From Parcubacteria group bacterium LiPW_41 (lineage in GTDB: Bacteria; Patescibacteriota; Minisyncoccia; UBA6257; GWB1-50-10): a DNA stretch of 64,000 bases. The first letter of the stretch is position 1. The number at the start of each line of letters is the position of its first letter. Positions 38,577 to 49,393 of the stretch are shown piece after piece. Position numbers and translations under genes: made by a program. The stretch spans positions 7,469 to 71,468 of the forward strand of contig VMEM01000005.1 of NCBI GenBank assembly GCA_007375535.1. Direction: 5' to 3'. The notes below the pieces were generated by a model. It saw nothing but the letters and a program-made list of their open reading frames with translations, was not told the origin of the DNA and searched no databases.

Positions 38577-41500
38577 ATGCCAGAAAAGCCTCCAAAAAAA
38601 CCAATTGATAGTGCAGCTAAGAAAGAAAAGAACAAAGATAAACACGATTGGGAATCACTTGAGAGTATTGAAAATGAAATAAAAGGACTTGATAGATTGT
38701 TTTCAAATAAGAAGCGTGTAAGCGAACTTCCACCTGAGGAATTTAAGAGGCTTTCTGAAAAACACATTGAATTAAAAAGAAAAAGAGATTCACTAAAAGA
38801 GTACGACGAATACTTTAATACAGAACCTGCCCCATATATGGAAAAAAATATAGATATCAAAAAACCAGTAACCCCCAAGGATCAACTTAAAATTCCAAAA
38901 GGAATGGAGAATTTTAATGAAGAAAAAGTTGAAATTGGCCCATTCGAAAATATTGATAAAAGTCCGGACGCCTTACCACACACCGCTCAATGGACTGGCG
39001 GGGTTGAAGTGTTAAATAAGAAAAACGAAGAAGAAAAGCAAGAACCTCCAGAATTCTATAAAAATTTCTTAAATGAGAAAACTAAATTAGACGAAATAAA
39101 AAAACCAGAAGCCGAAACCGGTCCTGGTGAATTTGTTGAGCGTCTTATGAATAATGCCGAAGAAAAAGCTGATTCAGCACAGGAAATGCCGAGACCACAA
39201 AGCATGTCGCAAGTTATAAATGAGGTATATCCTCAACTTAATAACGAAAGTGCTTCCAGTGCTCCTATAGAACCTCCTGTTCTCCTTCATGAAGAGCCTC
39301 AACCAGTTGCAAATCAACAAACCCCAGAACAAGGAAACAGAATCCGCGTCACGGTAGAAGGAATAAATGAGCCTAGACAAGAAAGAAACCAGCCACCAAC
39401 TCCAGAAGTTGTCAACGTAGTAAATCCAGAAAACAATCCTGTAATGGAACAACAGAGGAATTTGAGTATGGAAGATCGTCGAAGAGCAAGAACCGAACAG
39501 GCATTACGAGAAATTCCAGAAGCAGATATTCGAAAACTTATCTTTCAAATCAGTAGCAAAAATATGAATGCAACTGAAGTTCCACCTGATTTTGAAATTG
39601 GAAACCACCAAGACATTATTAATTCCGCAGCCCTCTTTTTACTAGATAAGAAAGCCTTTAATGACCAATGTTCAAAGATGAAGGCGCTAAGCAATAAAAC
39701 GGAAGCGGAAAAAACTGCGAAAAACGAAGCAAGAATTTGGCGTGAAAACTACGACAAATCACTCGGAAGATCACTCGATAGATTGAAATTGTCACTACAT
39801 GAAAAATTCGTAAATGAAAAAGGAGAAATGCTAAGGAATACAGGCAATTTTTCTGATGAAGAAATTCGGGAAATGCTGAAAAAAGAAAGTTTGGAATATG
39901 ATGCGCGCGTCATCTTTCGACTTGCTGGTCCTCTTGAAACCGAAATTTGCAAATCTCGTGCTGAGTCTGAACTCTCAGAAAAAGATATGAAATTGTGGCA
40001 GAAAGGACTCGCGAAATATCGAGAGCTTCCACAATGGAAACGTCTCGGAATATCCGTTGCTCTTTCTGCTGGTATTGGTGCTGGTGTTGTGTTTGCTGGG
40101 ACTGGAGCAATTGCTGCTGCAGCAACAGTTGGAGTCGCAAGAGCAGGACGGACACTTGCGGGTGGTTCACTCTCTGCGGCACTTCGTGGTGTTTCTGAAT
40201 TTGTTCTTGGAAAGAAATATAATAAAAAGCGTGAAGCAGAGCTCAGTGCGGGAGAATTAGAAACACTAAGAAAACTTGAAGCTCAAACAACAGCATGGGA
40301 ACAAGCAGGACAGGAATGGGAGCAAAGCGAAGAAAAGAAATTAAAGTTAATGCGAATCGTAGATGAGTCTGCAATTGATACAAACACAAAACTTGCAGTC
40401 ATCAGTGCAAAAGAAAATAAATCAAAACGTATTGCAACTATAGTAAGTGGACTCATTGGCGGTGGAACAGTCCTTGGTTTGTCGACCGATTGGGATGCGC
40501 TACTTTCAGGTAGTGGCACAGGAGAAGTAGGAAAACACTTGGTTCCGCCAAATGCTCCAGGGTCACATATTGAAGATCTTGCAGTTGCACACAAAGGGGA
40601 TTCTGTGTGGACTTTAATCGATGAAAACGCAACAAAGATAAAAGGATTTAATGAATTAAACGAAGCACAGAAAACTTACTTCATCGACCACCTCAAAGAT
40701 CAGGTTGCAGCAGATCCACAAAAATTTGGACTTGAAAATGCAGATCAAATAAAAATTGGGTATGGAAAAGAACTCGGTCAATTGTTTGAAAACAACCAAG
40801 ATATTCAAAGTACACTTGAATCAGCAAAACATCTTACAAAAGGACAGATGGATAGCATTATGCATTCAAATGCAGCACAACGTGCAGCGCTATTTGAATC
40901 AATGAAACCAAAAATTCCTACTGAAGCCACCGGAGTAGAAACAAACGCATCTGCCAACGCAGATATTGTTGAGGTAGACGGAACTGAAGTTGGAGGAAAA
41001 GTGACGCTCAATAAGGTAATTGAGGGCGTTGATCCATATGGTGTAAAGACGCAAACTGAAATTCCCGCCGAACTTATGCAAGATAAGGAGCTCGCACAGT
41101 CATACATGAACTACAAAGGAAATCCAAACTTCGTAGCGGGAAGTCAAACACAGGAATGGGCACAACAAAATGGTGCAGAAAATTTGGTAAAACTTACCGA
41201 ACAACACCCTGAATATCTTAAAATTGAAGCAGTCCGTAATGCACTTCGCGAAATTCACACAAATAATCTTATTGAAGAACTTCACGAAGGGGGAGCGTTT
41301 AAATTCATAAATAGTGCCGATCACGCTGATTTATTGAATGAAGTAAAAGGATTGGCTCGAACATACGGATTCGATTCATATAGAGCGGATTCGTTTGCAG
41401 ATTATGTTTCACAAACAAACGAAATGAATGAGGAAACATTTACTCCATTCATCGACAATACCTCAGGTTCATTCCTTTCTGATAAATTTTACGAATCAGC

Positions 41501-41744
41501 TCAACACTTTAACGACCTTGCAAAATCGGTGACTCCACCTGAGATTCCAGAAGGAGCGACCTCATCAATTTGGGAACCGCGCTTGCTTTCGCCAGCCAAT
41601 GGCGGAGAACCAATCATTGGACTCGTACGACAAGCATCTCCTAATATGTTTGAACTTAAGATCCCAACGGGAACTGTTAGCTCAGGGCTCAGCTACGACA
41701 CTATTGAAAAAATGATTGTGAAGCCACCAAGTGTTCAAAAATAG
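38577..41744 (+). CDS. Large membrane protein with LysM-like segment
   Basis: Disordered acidic N-terminus, Gly/Ala-rich hydrophobic core, AHKGDSVWTLI...DQIKIG. Confidence 0.75.
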   Translation: MPEKPPKKPIDSAAKKEKNKDKHDWESLESIENEIKGLDRLFSNKKRVSELPPEEFKRLSEKHIELKRKRDSLKEYDEYFNTEPAPYMEKNIDIKKPVTPKDQLKIPKGMENFNEEKVEIGPFENIDKSPDALPHTAQWTGGVEVLNKKNEEEKQEPPEFYKNFLNEKTKLDEIKKPEAETGPGEFVERLMNNAEEKADSAQEMPRPQSMSQVINEVYPQLNNESASSAPIEPPVLLHEEPQPVANQQTPEQGNRIRVTVEGINEPRQERNQPPTPEVVNVVNPENNPVMEQQRNLSMEDRRRARTEQALREIPEADIRKLIFQISSKNMNATEVPPDFEIGNHQDIINSAALFLLDKKAFNDQCSKMKALSNKTEAEKTAKNEARIWRENYDKSLGRSLDRLKLSLHEKFVNEKGEMLRNTGNFSDEEIREMLKKESLEYDARVIFRLAGPLETEICKSRAESELSEKDMKLWQKGLAKYRELPQWKRLGISVALSAGIGAGVVFAGTGAIAAAATVGVARAGRTLAGGSLSAALRGVSEFVLGKKYNKKREAELSAGELETLRKLEAQTTAWEQAGQEWEQSEEKKLKLMRIVDESAIDTNTKLAVISAKENKSKRIATIVSGLIGGGTVLGLSTDWDALLSGSGTGEVGKHLVPPNAPGSHIEDLAVAHKGDSVWTLIDENATKIKGFNELNEAQKTYFIDHLKDQVAADPQKFGLENADQIKIGYGKELGQLFENNQDIQSTLESAKHLTKGQMDSIMHSNAAQRAALFESMKPKIPTEATGVETNASANADIVEVDGTEVGGKVTLNKVIEGVDPYGVKTQTEIPAELMQDKELAQSYMNYKGNPNFVAGSQTQEWAQQNGAENLVKLTEQHPEYLKIEAVRNALREIHTNNLIEELHEGGAFKFINSADHADLLNEVKGLARTYGFDSYRADSFADYVSQTNEMNEETFTPFIDNTSGSFLSDKFYESAQHFNDLAKSVTPPEIPEGATSSIWEPRLLSPANGGEPIIGLVRQASPNMFELKIPTGTVSSGLSYDTIEKMIVKPPSVQK

Positions 41745-41840
41745 AAATTCCAATAAAGCCCCACTTAAGTGGGGCTTTATTTTAGTGGACAAATTCTCAA
41801 AAAAGTGATAAAATATTTCTAGTACATTAAAGGAGTAAAT

Positions 41841-42530
41841 ATGCAGAAATTTATGGAAGGAATCTACGAATCACTTAATCGTGGTCTCGCGAACCGTATC
41901 CGTCCATATGCGTTGAGTACTCGTGAATGGATAAGAAGGAATCGAGAGCGACGAGAAGACAAAAGGGAAGAATTGATAACAAAAATTCTCAATTGGAGCG
42001 TCCAAGGAGAAGCAATCGCTACAGTTCCAAACCTTTTATCACTTTTACGGCCATTTCTAGTTGCAATTGCGATGATAATGCAAACATATGGAGTTCCGTG
42101 GTATTTTGTCTCTCCGCTAATAATTATTGCTCTTCTCACCGACAAATTTGACGGTGCATGGGCAGAAATTGATGGACACACTGCATTCGGAGAATTTCTT
42201 GATCCACTGTGCGATAAAATTTCTCTTGTAATTATGGTTATTCCATTTTTAGGAGAACTTTGGCACTGGGTCATCTTTCCAATGATTGGAATAGAACTCT
42301 CATTGTTAATCATCGCATTGGTAGGTTTCACACTCCAAGGATTAAAGAAGAAAGAAAATACAAACTTTCGTGCTAATATCTTTGGAAAAGTAAAATTCTC
42401 TCTCCAAGCAATTGGAATTATTCTCATTGCTTTTAATCAAATATTTTTTGCTAACATTGTATTTGGAATTTCAATTCCATTTGCTCTTGCGAGCATTGCA
42501 ATGAAAGCATACACCCTTTCAAAACCCTGA
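41841..42530 (+). CDS. CDP-alcohol phosphatidyltransferase family
   Basis: PNLLS..R, DKFDG...GEFLDPLCDK. Confidence 0.85.
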   Translation: MQKFMEGIYESLNRGLANRIRPYALSTREWIRRNRERREDKREELITKILNWSVQGEAIATVPNLLSLLRPFLVAIAMIMQTYGVPWYFVSPLIIIALLTDKFDGAWAEIDGHTAFGEFLDPLCDKISLVIMVIPFLGELWHWVIFPMIGIELSLLIIALVGFTLQGLKKKENTNFRANIFGKVKFSLQAIGIILIAFNQIFFANIVFGISIPFALASIAMKAYTLSKP

Positions 42531-42574
42531 TTTTCAGGGTTTATTTTTTTCTTAAAATATTGCACAATAGAAAT

Positions 42575-43900
42575 ATGGCAATCGTAGAACCAACGTTACC
42601 AGGGGGTTTCAAAGACTATCTGCCTGAGGACATGATTCCTCGCCAGAAGTTGTTTGATGGAATTAGAACCGTATTTGAACGGTTTGGTTTTGTTCCACTT
42701 GATACTCCATGTGTTGAACGTTCTGAAGTCTTAACTGGTGGAGACGCTGAATTTCAAAAACAGATTTTTTATGTATCACAACCAGGTGGAGACAAGGATT
42801 CTACCGCACTTCGTTTTGACCTTACCGTACCACTGGCACGAGTCATCGCTTCATATGGAGATAAAATCTCTCGACCATTCCGCCGATACCAAATTGGACG
42901 ATTGTGGCGCGGTGAACGTCAGCAAGCAGGACGATATCGCGAATTTGCACAATGTGATGCAGACATTGTTGGTGTTGCAGGAATGAAAGCAGACGCAGAA
43001 ATTATTGCATTAATGGACTCATTAATGACAGAGCTTGGATTTGATAAATATTTAATTCGTATTAATAACCGAAAAATTTTGAATGGTCTTTCAGAATATG
43101 CTTCTTTTGAAAGTGAGAAAACAAATACAATTATTCGAATTATCGACAAACTCGACAAACAACCATGGAGTGAAATAGAAAGCGAATTGAAAGAAAAAGT
43201 ATCACTCAATGACACTCAGATAGAAAAAATAAAAGCATTTACCGATATAAAAGGAGAGAAGCAGGAGGATATTTTAAATGCACTCAGTAAATTATTCTGG
43301 GAAATTTCTATTGCGGAAGAGGGAATTAGTGAGCTCCGAGAAATAATGAGCTATCTTGATGCAATGGGAGTGTCACGTACCTCATGGACAATTGATTCAT
43401 CAGTTGCTCGCGGTCTTGGATATTACACGGGGCCAGTATTTGAAACTCAATTGCTCGACTTAAAAGAAATTGGAAGTGTTTTTTCTGGTGGGCGATATGA
43501 CGGACTTGTATCACGATTTAGCAAACAAAATGTACCGGCAGTTGGTGCTTCTCTTGGTATTGATAGACTTTTTTCAGCAATGGAAACATTGGGTCTCGTT
43601 GAAAAGAAGAAAAATGTACTACAGGCCTTGGTGCTCAATTTTGAACCAAAGGCAGAAATGAAAGTAATGCAAATTGTTTCAATATTAAGAAAGCGAGGAA
43701 TAAATTCTGCACTCTATCAAGGATCGGAAAATACATTAAAAGGACAACTCTCATATGCAGTAAAAGAAGAGGTTCCTTTTGTGGTAATCGTGGGAGAATC
43801 AGAGCTTAATGAAAATATTGTTCTCACAAAAAACCTAGGAACACGCGAACAAGTAAAAGAAACACTTGATGAGTGCATAGAAAGAATCATAAAAGGATAA
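42575..43900 (+). CDS. hisS: Histidine--tRNA ligase
   Basis: LRFDLTVPLAR, GRYREFxQCD, RGLGYYTG, GGRYD. Confidence 0.95.
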   Translation: MAIVEPTLPGGFKDYLPEDMIPRQKLFDGIRTVFERFGFVPLDTPCVERSEVLTGGDAEFQKQIFYVSQPGGDKDSTALRFDLTVPLARVIASYGDKISRPFRRYQIGRLWRGERQQAGRYREFAQCDADIVGVAGMKADAEIIALMDSLMTELGFDKYLIRINNRKILNGLSEYASFESEKTNTIIRIIDKLDKQPWSEIESELKEKVSLNDTQIEKIKAFTDIKGEKQEDILNALSKLFWEISIAEEGISELREIMSYLDAMGVSRTSWTIDSSVARGLGYYTGPVFETQLLDLKEIGSVFSGGRYDGLVSRFSKQNVPAVGASLGIDRLFSAMETLGLVEKKKNVLQALVLNFEPKAEMKVMQIVSILRKRGINSALYQGSENTLKGQLSYAVKEEVPFVVIVGESELNENIVLTKNLGTREQVKETLDECIERIIKG

Positions 43901-43903
43901 ACT

Positions 43904-44893
43904 ATGCCAAAGGGGTTTTGGAAAACAATTAAAAAACCATTGGTTGCAATTGCTCCAATGGCGAACGTTACCGATGTTGCATTCCGTGCAATTCTTACTA
44001 AATATGGAAAGCCGGATGTAATGTGGACGGAATTTGTTTCTGCAGATGGTTTGTGTAGCTCAAAAGGAAGGGAGAAACTTTTAGGGGATTTAGCGTTTTC
44101 AAAAAAAGAACGTCCTATTGTCGCACAAATATTTTCATCAAAACCAGAAAAAATATATGAAGCAACAAAACTTGTTGCTTCTTTAGGATTTGATGGAATT
44201 GACATAAATATGGGATGTCCTGATAGGGCGGTGGTTAAGCAGGGTGCTGGCGCTGCATTAATAAAAAATCCAAAAATCGCACAAGAAATAATATTTGCAG
44301 CACAAAAAGGTGCAGGAAAAATCCCTGTATCAGTAAAAACACGCATTGGATATTCAAAAGATGAAATTGAGACATGGATTCCAATGCTTGCACAATCAAA
44401 TCTTGATGCAATAACCATTCACGGAAGAACGATGAAGGAAATGTCAAAAGTCCCCGCACATTGGGATTTAATTGCTGAATCGGCAAACATCATCCGCTCG
44501 TTTCATAACAAGAAAACATGCCCGATTATTCTCGGAAATGGTGATGTACAAAATAGAAAAGAGGCAGAAGAAAAATGTAAGCAATATGGGGTTGATGGAG
44601 TAATGATTGGGCGTGGAATATTCACAAATATTTACGCATTTCGAAAAAAAGAAAAAGTGTTGACCATAGAAAACCGAATCAAAATTTTACTTGATCACAT
44701 AAAAGAATTTGAGAAAATACACAAAAACGACGAAGATGCAAAGACGCGAAAGTTTGATTATCTTAAAAAGTTTTTCAAAATTTATATCTCTGATTTTGAT
44801 GGAGCAAAAGAACTTCGTATACAACTAATGAATTCACATAGCACAGAAGAGGTAAGAGCGGTAGTCGAGGCATTCAAATCTCGCACTTTTTAA
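43904..44893 (+). CDS. dus: tRNA-dihydrouridine synthase
   Basis: APMA, DINMGCP, SVKTRIG, HGRT, GNGD, GVMIGRG. Confidence 0.92.
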   Translation: MPKGFWKTIKKPLVAIAPMANVTDVAFRAILTKYGKPDVMWTEFVSADGLCSSKGREKLLGDLAFSKKERPIVAQIFSSKPEKIYEATKLVASLGFDGIDINMGCPDRAVVKQGAGAALIKNPKIAQEIIFAAQKGAGKIPVSVKTRIGYSKDEIETWIPMLAQSNLDAITIHGRTMKEMSKVPAHWDLIAESANIIRSFHNKKTCPIILGNGDVQNRKEAEEKCKQYGVDGVMIGRGIFTNIYAFRKKEKVLTIENRIKILLDHIKEFEKIHKNDEDAKTRKFDYLKKFFKIYISDFDGAKELRIQLMNSHSTEEVRAVVEAFKSRTF

Positions 44894-44977
44894 AAAAGGT
44901 ATCAGATTGACATTTAATTGTTTTTATGTGACAATGAAAATCTAATCAACTTTACCAATTTAATAGGAGTAGCTTTT

Positions 44978-45286
44978 ATGAAAATCAACTTATTTGCATT
45001 TCAGGCATTGATTCAATTAGATATGAAATCACCAGCTTTTTCTGGTAATTCAAAGCTGAAAAAAAATCTCGTTGAACAAATCGGAAAGGAAAAAACATAT
45101 CTTGTTGATAGCGTTTCCGACGTTCCTGAAAAAGAAATAAATGATAATTATGGTCATCCGCAAAAAGTCACCATCTTCGTTGGCGACAAAAAAGAAACAT
45201 TCTCCGGCTCTTTTTTTAAAAAATATGAGCCAAAAGACAAACCAAAACATACAAAAGTTTTTGATGACTTATGTAAAAGAAAATAA
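44978..45286 (+). CDS. Hypothetical protein
   Basis: TTGACA promoter, AGGAG SD, terminator at 45293. Confidence 0.65.
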   Translation: MKINLFAFQALIQLDMKSPAFSGNSKLKKNLVEQIGKEKTYLVDSVSDVPEKEINDNYGHPQKVTIFVGDKKETFSGSFFKKYEPKDKPKHTKVFDDLCKRK

Positions 45287-45346
45287 CTATATAATCCCGC
45301 CATTGGCGGGATTTAATTTTATTCAAATTCAGAGTACGATATAAAT

Positions 45347-46039
45347 ATGCGGATTCAAAAATACTGCTCAGAAAAAGGATTGTGTTCTCGAAGAGAGGCG
45401 GAGGACTATATACAGCGTGGATATGTAAAAGTGAATGGAAAGGTAGTTCGCGAAATGGGAGTTCAAATTGACCCAGAAAAAGATAAAATTCAACTTTCAA
45501 TCCCAAGAAAGATAACTGCAACACAAGGAAAAATAACTGTATTGTGTTACAAACCTCGTGGATATACCTGTACAAAGTCACGCGATGAGGGCCCAAGCGT
45601 TTTTTCGTTGTTCCCAGAATGGTCACATCTAAACTCGGTGGGACGCCTCGATAAAGATAGCGAGGGACTTTTGTTACTTTCAAACGATGGGCGAGTAACA
45701 AAAGCAGTGACAGGAGAAGATCATAAAATCGAAAAAGAATACGAAGTTGATGTTCGAGAAGAAGTATCTCAAGACAAACTAAATATGTTGAGTAAAGGTG
45801 TGTTAATTGACGGAATCCAGACATTGCCAGCAATCACAAAAATGATTGGGGATCACAAATTTCGAATTGTTTTGAGAGAAGGAAGAAAACATCAAATCAG
45901 AAGAATGGCGGATGTCGCACAGTGGACAGTCACCCGACTCAAACGAACAAAAATCGGAGCATTTACTGGTCGAGGACTTGAACCAGGAAAAGGAAGGGTA
46001 CTGAGCGAAAAAGAAGTGAAGGAGATTATCAATTCCTAA
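45347..46039 (+). CDS. RsuA/RluB/RluF-family pseudouridine synthase
   Basis: S4 domain SRREAE, GRLDKDSEGLLL, EGRKHQIRRM. Confidence 0.92.
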   Translation: MRIQKYCSEKGLCSRREAEDYIQRGYVKVNGKVVREMGVQIDPEKDKIQLSIPRKITATQGKITVLCYKPRGYTCTKSRDEGPSVFSLFPEWSHLNSVGRLDKDSEGLLLLSNDGRVTKAVTGEDHKIEKEYEVDVREEVSQDKLNMLSKGVLIDGIQTLPAITKMIGDHKFRIVLREGRKHQIRRMADVAQWTVTRLKRTKIGAFTGRGLEPGKGRVLSEKEVKEIINS

Positions 46040-46061
46040 AATATAAATTATACTTATCTAT

Positions 46062-46922
46062 ATGAGAGGATGTTTTAGTGGAAACTTTGAATCGCGCTCC
46101 TTAAACAGTGTTTCTTTTGAACAGGGAATGAAGCGCGCAGAAAGCATAATACAAAAAGAAGCAGTTCCATTTGAAAAATTTGAGCCTATTTTTGGTGCTG
46201 ATGTTGTTCGAGCGGACAAAGCTCACGTTGCAAACCTTAAGGAACGCTTTAAAAAAGGAAAACAAATTGATGCCTATGGATCAAATTGTGGAACAATCTT
46301 TGAGGCAATACTGCATATGCGTTTAAAAAAAGGAGATTGGATAAGCAATGTTGATGCAATTAAACCAAATGAGTTTGATGATTTCACCCATGGAATGGAT
46401 GAAGTGGTTCGCGTAATTAACCCAGAAACTAAAAAACAAGAAACTGTTTTTGCTATCGATGCTCTAACTGTTGGAGGGGGACCACTAAACGTTGGAGTTG
46501 TAAAAAAAATGGACCGCATCAAAGAAGAGGTAGCATCAAACCATCTTCCAGAAATTAAATATTTTTTAAATGAGGAAACGGGAGAGGTTGGAATAAAAAA
46601 TATTCCACGAATTGTTGTTGCCGCTGATACAAAAACAATGCAGGGGTTAAATGAATTATGGATGGAAAGAAACGGCGAAGAGTTAGCAAAGCACCCACTA
46701 CAAATCCAGATTTTAGAACAAATCATTGAACAGGCGGTTGCAATTGGATCGTTTGCAAAAAAAAATGGACAGAACGAAATCGCAGAAAAATATGACGCAA
46801 TCCGTATGTGGGCAAAGAAGAAATTGAGCGAGTCATCAAAACGTGCCCGGACCGATTGGAATGATGATGCGTCTTCGGTAGTTTCAAATGCGCTTTGGCC
46901 ATTTAAGGAAACAAAAGTATAA
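46062..46922 (+). CDS. Hypothetical protein
   Basis: 286-aa ORF, TATACT leaderless start. Confidence 0.72.
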   Translation: MRGCFSGNFESRSLNSVSFEQGMKRAESIIQKEAVPFEKFEPIFGADVVRADKAHVANLKERFKKGKQIDAYGSNCGTIFEAILHMRLKKGDWISNVDAIKPNEFDDFTHGMDEVVRVINPETKKQETVFAIDALTVGGGPLNVGVVKKMDRIKEEVASNHLPEIKYFLNEETGEVGIKNIPRIVVAADTKTMQGLNELWMERNGEELAKHPLQIQILEQIIEQAVAIGSFAKKNGQNEIAEKYDAIRMWAKKKLSESSKRARTDWNDDASSVVSNALWPFKETKV

Positions 46923-47066
46923 ATGAAGAAAGATATAATCCTTCTGATAATCACTATTCTGCTTCTTTTTGCGACCGCACTAATTGAGTGGAATCTTTAT
47001 TTCTGGTTAGTATGGATTATGGTATTCGTCGGTATTGCATATTGGTATCGGTCGAAAAAAATATAA
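46923..47066 (+). CDS. 47-aa hydrophobic small protein (not in ORF track)
   Basis: MKKDIILLIITILLLFATALIEWNLYFWLVWIMVFVGIAYWYRSKKI abuts the previous stop. Confidence 0.5.
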   Translation: MKKDIILLIITILLLFATALIEWNLYFWLVWIMVFVGIAYWYRSKKI

Positions 47067-47194
47067 ACACATCTATGCGACTCGGAAAAATATTCATCCT
47101 TATCTGTGCACTTGTTTGTGCTGCTGGCATCATAGTAGCAATTTTCTCCTAATAAAAATCCCGCGAGTCCTTGAGACTGCGGGATTGATTGTTT

Positions 47195-47707
47195 TTAGCA
47201 ACATTTTTTTTGATGTGCTTCCAAAAGGCCAAAAAGAATATACTTTTTACACTTCGGACACACATCGGTGCAACACGGAACGAAGTGCTTGATCTTCAAA
47301 TCGGGATTTTTATGACAATCACAGTTACATACAGTTGAATCGTAGTCACAGTGAGAGTTAAATCCAAATTGAACGAGAGCGGTAGCAAATAAAAGATTGT
47401 TCTTTGCTACCGTTGCATCTGAAAGGTGAATAAGAATTTCAGCAGATTTTTCTTCAAATTGTCCGATGGTACCTTCTATTGCTTTTTTCTGCTCTTCAGA
47501 AATAACCAACTCTCCATCTCGCAACGCATAAAGAATTTCTAATGATCGATTCAGTCTTCTTATCTCAGTATTCAAACTATCGATTTCGGAATTTCCGCAG
47601 TTAAAACTTTCTCCTCCGGAAACCTCCTCCCATTTTTTTGATAATTTCGCGTCGAGCTGTTTTTTTCTGTTTTCCAGCTCGGTGATACGTTTCAAAATAG
47701 CGTCCAT
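47195..47707 (-). CDS. Coiled-coil protein with Cys/His-rich C-terminus
   Basis: GAGGAGG SD; CNCDCH...HFVPCC..VCPKC...H..KCC. Confidence 0.7.
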   Translation of the reverse strand: MDAILKRITELENRKKQLDAKLSKKWEEVSGGESFNCGNSEIDSLNTEIRRLNRSLEILYALRDGELVISEEQKKAIEGTIGQFEEKSAEILIHLSDATVAKNNLLFATALVQFGFNSHCDYDSTVCNCDCHKNPDLKIKHFVPCCTDVCPKCKKYILFGLLEAHQKKCC

Positions 47708-47832
47708 AACGCCTCCTCTTTGTTTATGTTCTAACGACATTCTATTTCTCAAGGACGTCTCTGTCAAAGTTGAATTACAACCAATTTTGATGTAAAACCA
47801 ATAAGTACTTAAACAATCTATGGAGGTGGTCA

Positions 47833-48255
47833 ATGAGAATAGTAATAGCCTTTTTTCTGCTATGCCTTACCAGCGCAGATACGTTTTCGCAGGACATAAT
47901 CGTTGAATTTCACAAAAAGAATGGAGAATGCACGATTATTGCAGTTAACAGCGAACATAAAAAAATCGAACTTAGGACATATGATGTCGTATTTCCAAAA
48001 CAAACAAAGTTATTTCCAGTAATCGGAGTAATTGAGGAATCAACCTTGTTTCACACTGGGGATAAAATCGCGAAAGGGATGGTGACGCTAAAAATGTTTG
48101 GAGTTCATAGAACGTATAGATTTTACATAAGAAGTGTTAAATCAATTGATCATATTAAAAAATCCTACGATTCATTTTATATGGAAAATTGGGATCTCAG
48201 AGATTTCATTGGATGTATTGATGGTGTGCGAGCAAAAATATTTATTCGTGATTAA
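47833..48255 (+). CDS. Secreted hypothetical protein
   Basis: Signal peptide; GGAGGT SD; terminator at 48260. Confidence 0.65.
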   Translation: MRIVIAFFLLCLTSADTFSQDIIVEFHKKNGECTIIAVNSEHKKIELRTYDVVFPKQTKLFPVIGVIEESTLFHTGDKIAKGMVTLKMFGVHRTYRFYIRSVKSIDHIKKSYDSFYMENWDLRDFIGCIDGVRAKIFIRD

Positions 48256-48284
48256 CCAAACCCCCACACAAGTGGGGGATTTTT

Positions 48285-49388
48285 TTAAAACACAATTTTT
48301 ACAATTTCTGATTTTGTTCCTACACGAAGTGGGGGACCCCATGTTCCGACACCACTTGAGGTATACACATTCATATCGTTGTAAGGATGCAACCCATACT
48401 CATAGACACCATACACCATTCTTGTTATATACATAAATGGAAATACCTGGGCAACATGAGTGTGCCCTGATATTTGAAAATTAACTCCCGCATCAGATGC
48501 AATATTTAAGTTTGTCGGTGCGTGTTTTAAAAGAATCGTTGGAACTTCTGGTTTCACAAGTTTTTTTAATGTCTCAACAAACGTTTCTTTATTTTCTGAG
48601 TCTCGATAATCAACCCCGATGATATTCATTCCACCAATCGAGACTGATTCATTTTTTAATACAGTTATTCCACTCTCTCGTACTGCATTTATAAATGACT
48701 CATCATTCGAAAACTCCTCATGATTTCCACTAATAAAATAGGTACCATGCGTACTTTTAATTGATGCAAGTGGTGCAACTGCCCCAGAAAGATTCTCAGC
48801 GGTTCCATCAAATACATCTCCACCAAGAAAAACAATATCAGGATTAAGTGATTGAATTTTTTCCGAAATTTTTTCACTAAAGGATTTGGAATAGACCTGT
48901 CCAAGATGAATGTCACTTACCCATACCGCACTTTTCCCTTTCCATTCTTCAGGAATATTTTTGATTGTTGGGCGTATTTCCGTTATCTGCATCGTTCGCG
49001 CGTTGTATACTCCATATATCCCGACACCAAATCCAATTAATAAGAGAATAACACCAAATAACTGAGTTAGTTGTGTAGACAAAATGTTTCCAACACCTAA
49101 TCTAAGAAGGAAAAAAATAATTGTAGCAAGAAAGAGGTATAGCAAAATACCAAGCCACACTGCAGCACTTGTGTAGAAAATTTGTGTAAATGAATTGTAA
49201 AATTTTGAACCGATAACCGAGGCAAAAATAAAACTTAAAGAAAGTACTCCAAGTATCACTCTTAATGAAAGTAGCGCAGTACCATTCTTGATGGCGAATA
49301 AATCAATGATTCCTTTATATAAAACATAATGTGCACCAAAAAGAATTATTTGAATAAACAGTAAAATGATAATAAAAATATATCGCAT
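48285..49388 (-). CDS. Membrane metallophosphoesterase (YkuE/YaeI-like)
   Basis: SDIHLG, GGDVFD, GNHE, GHTH, GPPLR; N-terminal TMs. Confidence 0.9.
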   Translation of the reverse strand: MRYIFIIILLFIQIILFGAHYVLYKGIIDLFAIKNGTALLSLRVILGVLSLSFIFASVIGSKFYNSFTQIFYTSAAVWLGILLYLFLATIIFFLLRLGVGNILSTQLTQLFGVILLLIGFGVGIYGVYNARTMQITEIRPTIKNIPEEWKGKSAVWVSDIHLGQVYSKSFSEKISEKIQSLNPDIVFLGGDVFDGTAENLSGAVAPLASIKSTHGTYFISGNHEEFSNDESFINAVRESGITVLKNESVSIGGMNIIGVDYRDSENKETFVETLKKLVKPEVPTILLKHAPTNLNIASDAGVNFQISGHTHVAQVFPFMYITRMVYGVYEYGLHPYNDMNVYTSSGVGTWGPPLRVGTKSEIVKIVF

Positions 49389-49393
49389 GCGTT

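Noticed and set aside
41864-46954. Long antisense ORFs (41864, 43717, 45216, 46274)
   Set aside because: Shadow frames of well-supported plus-strand genes
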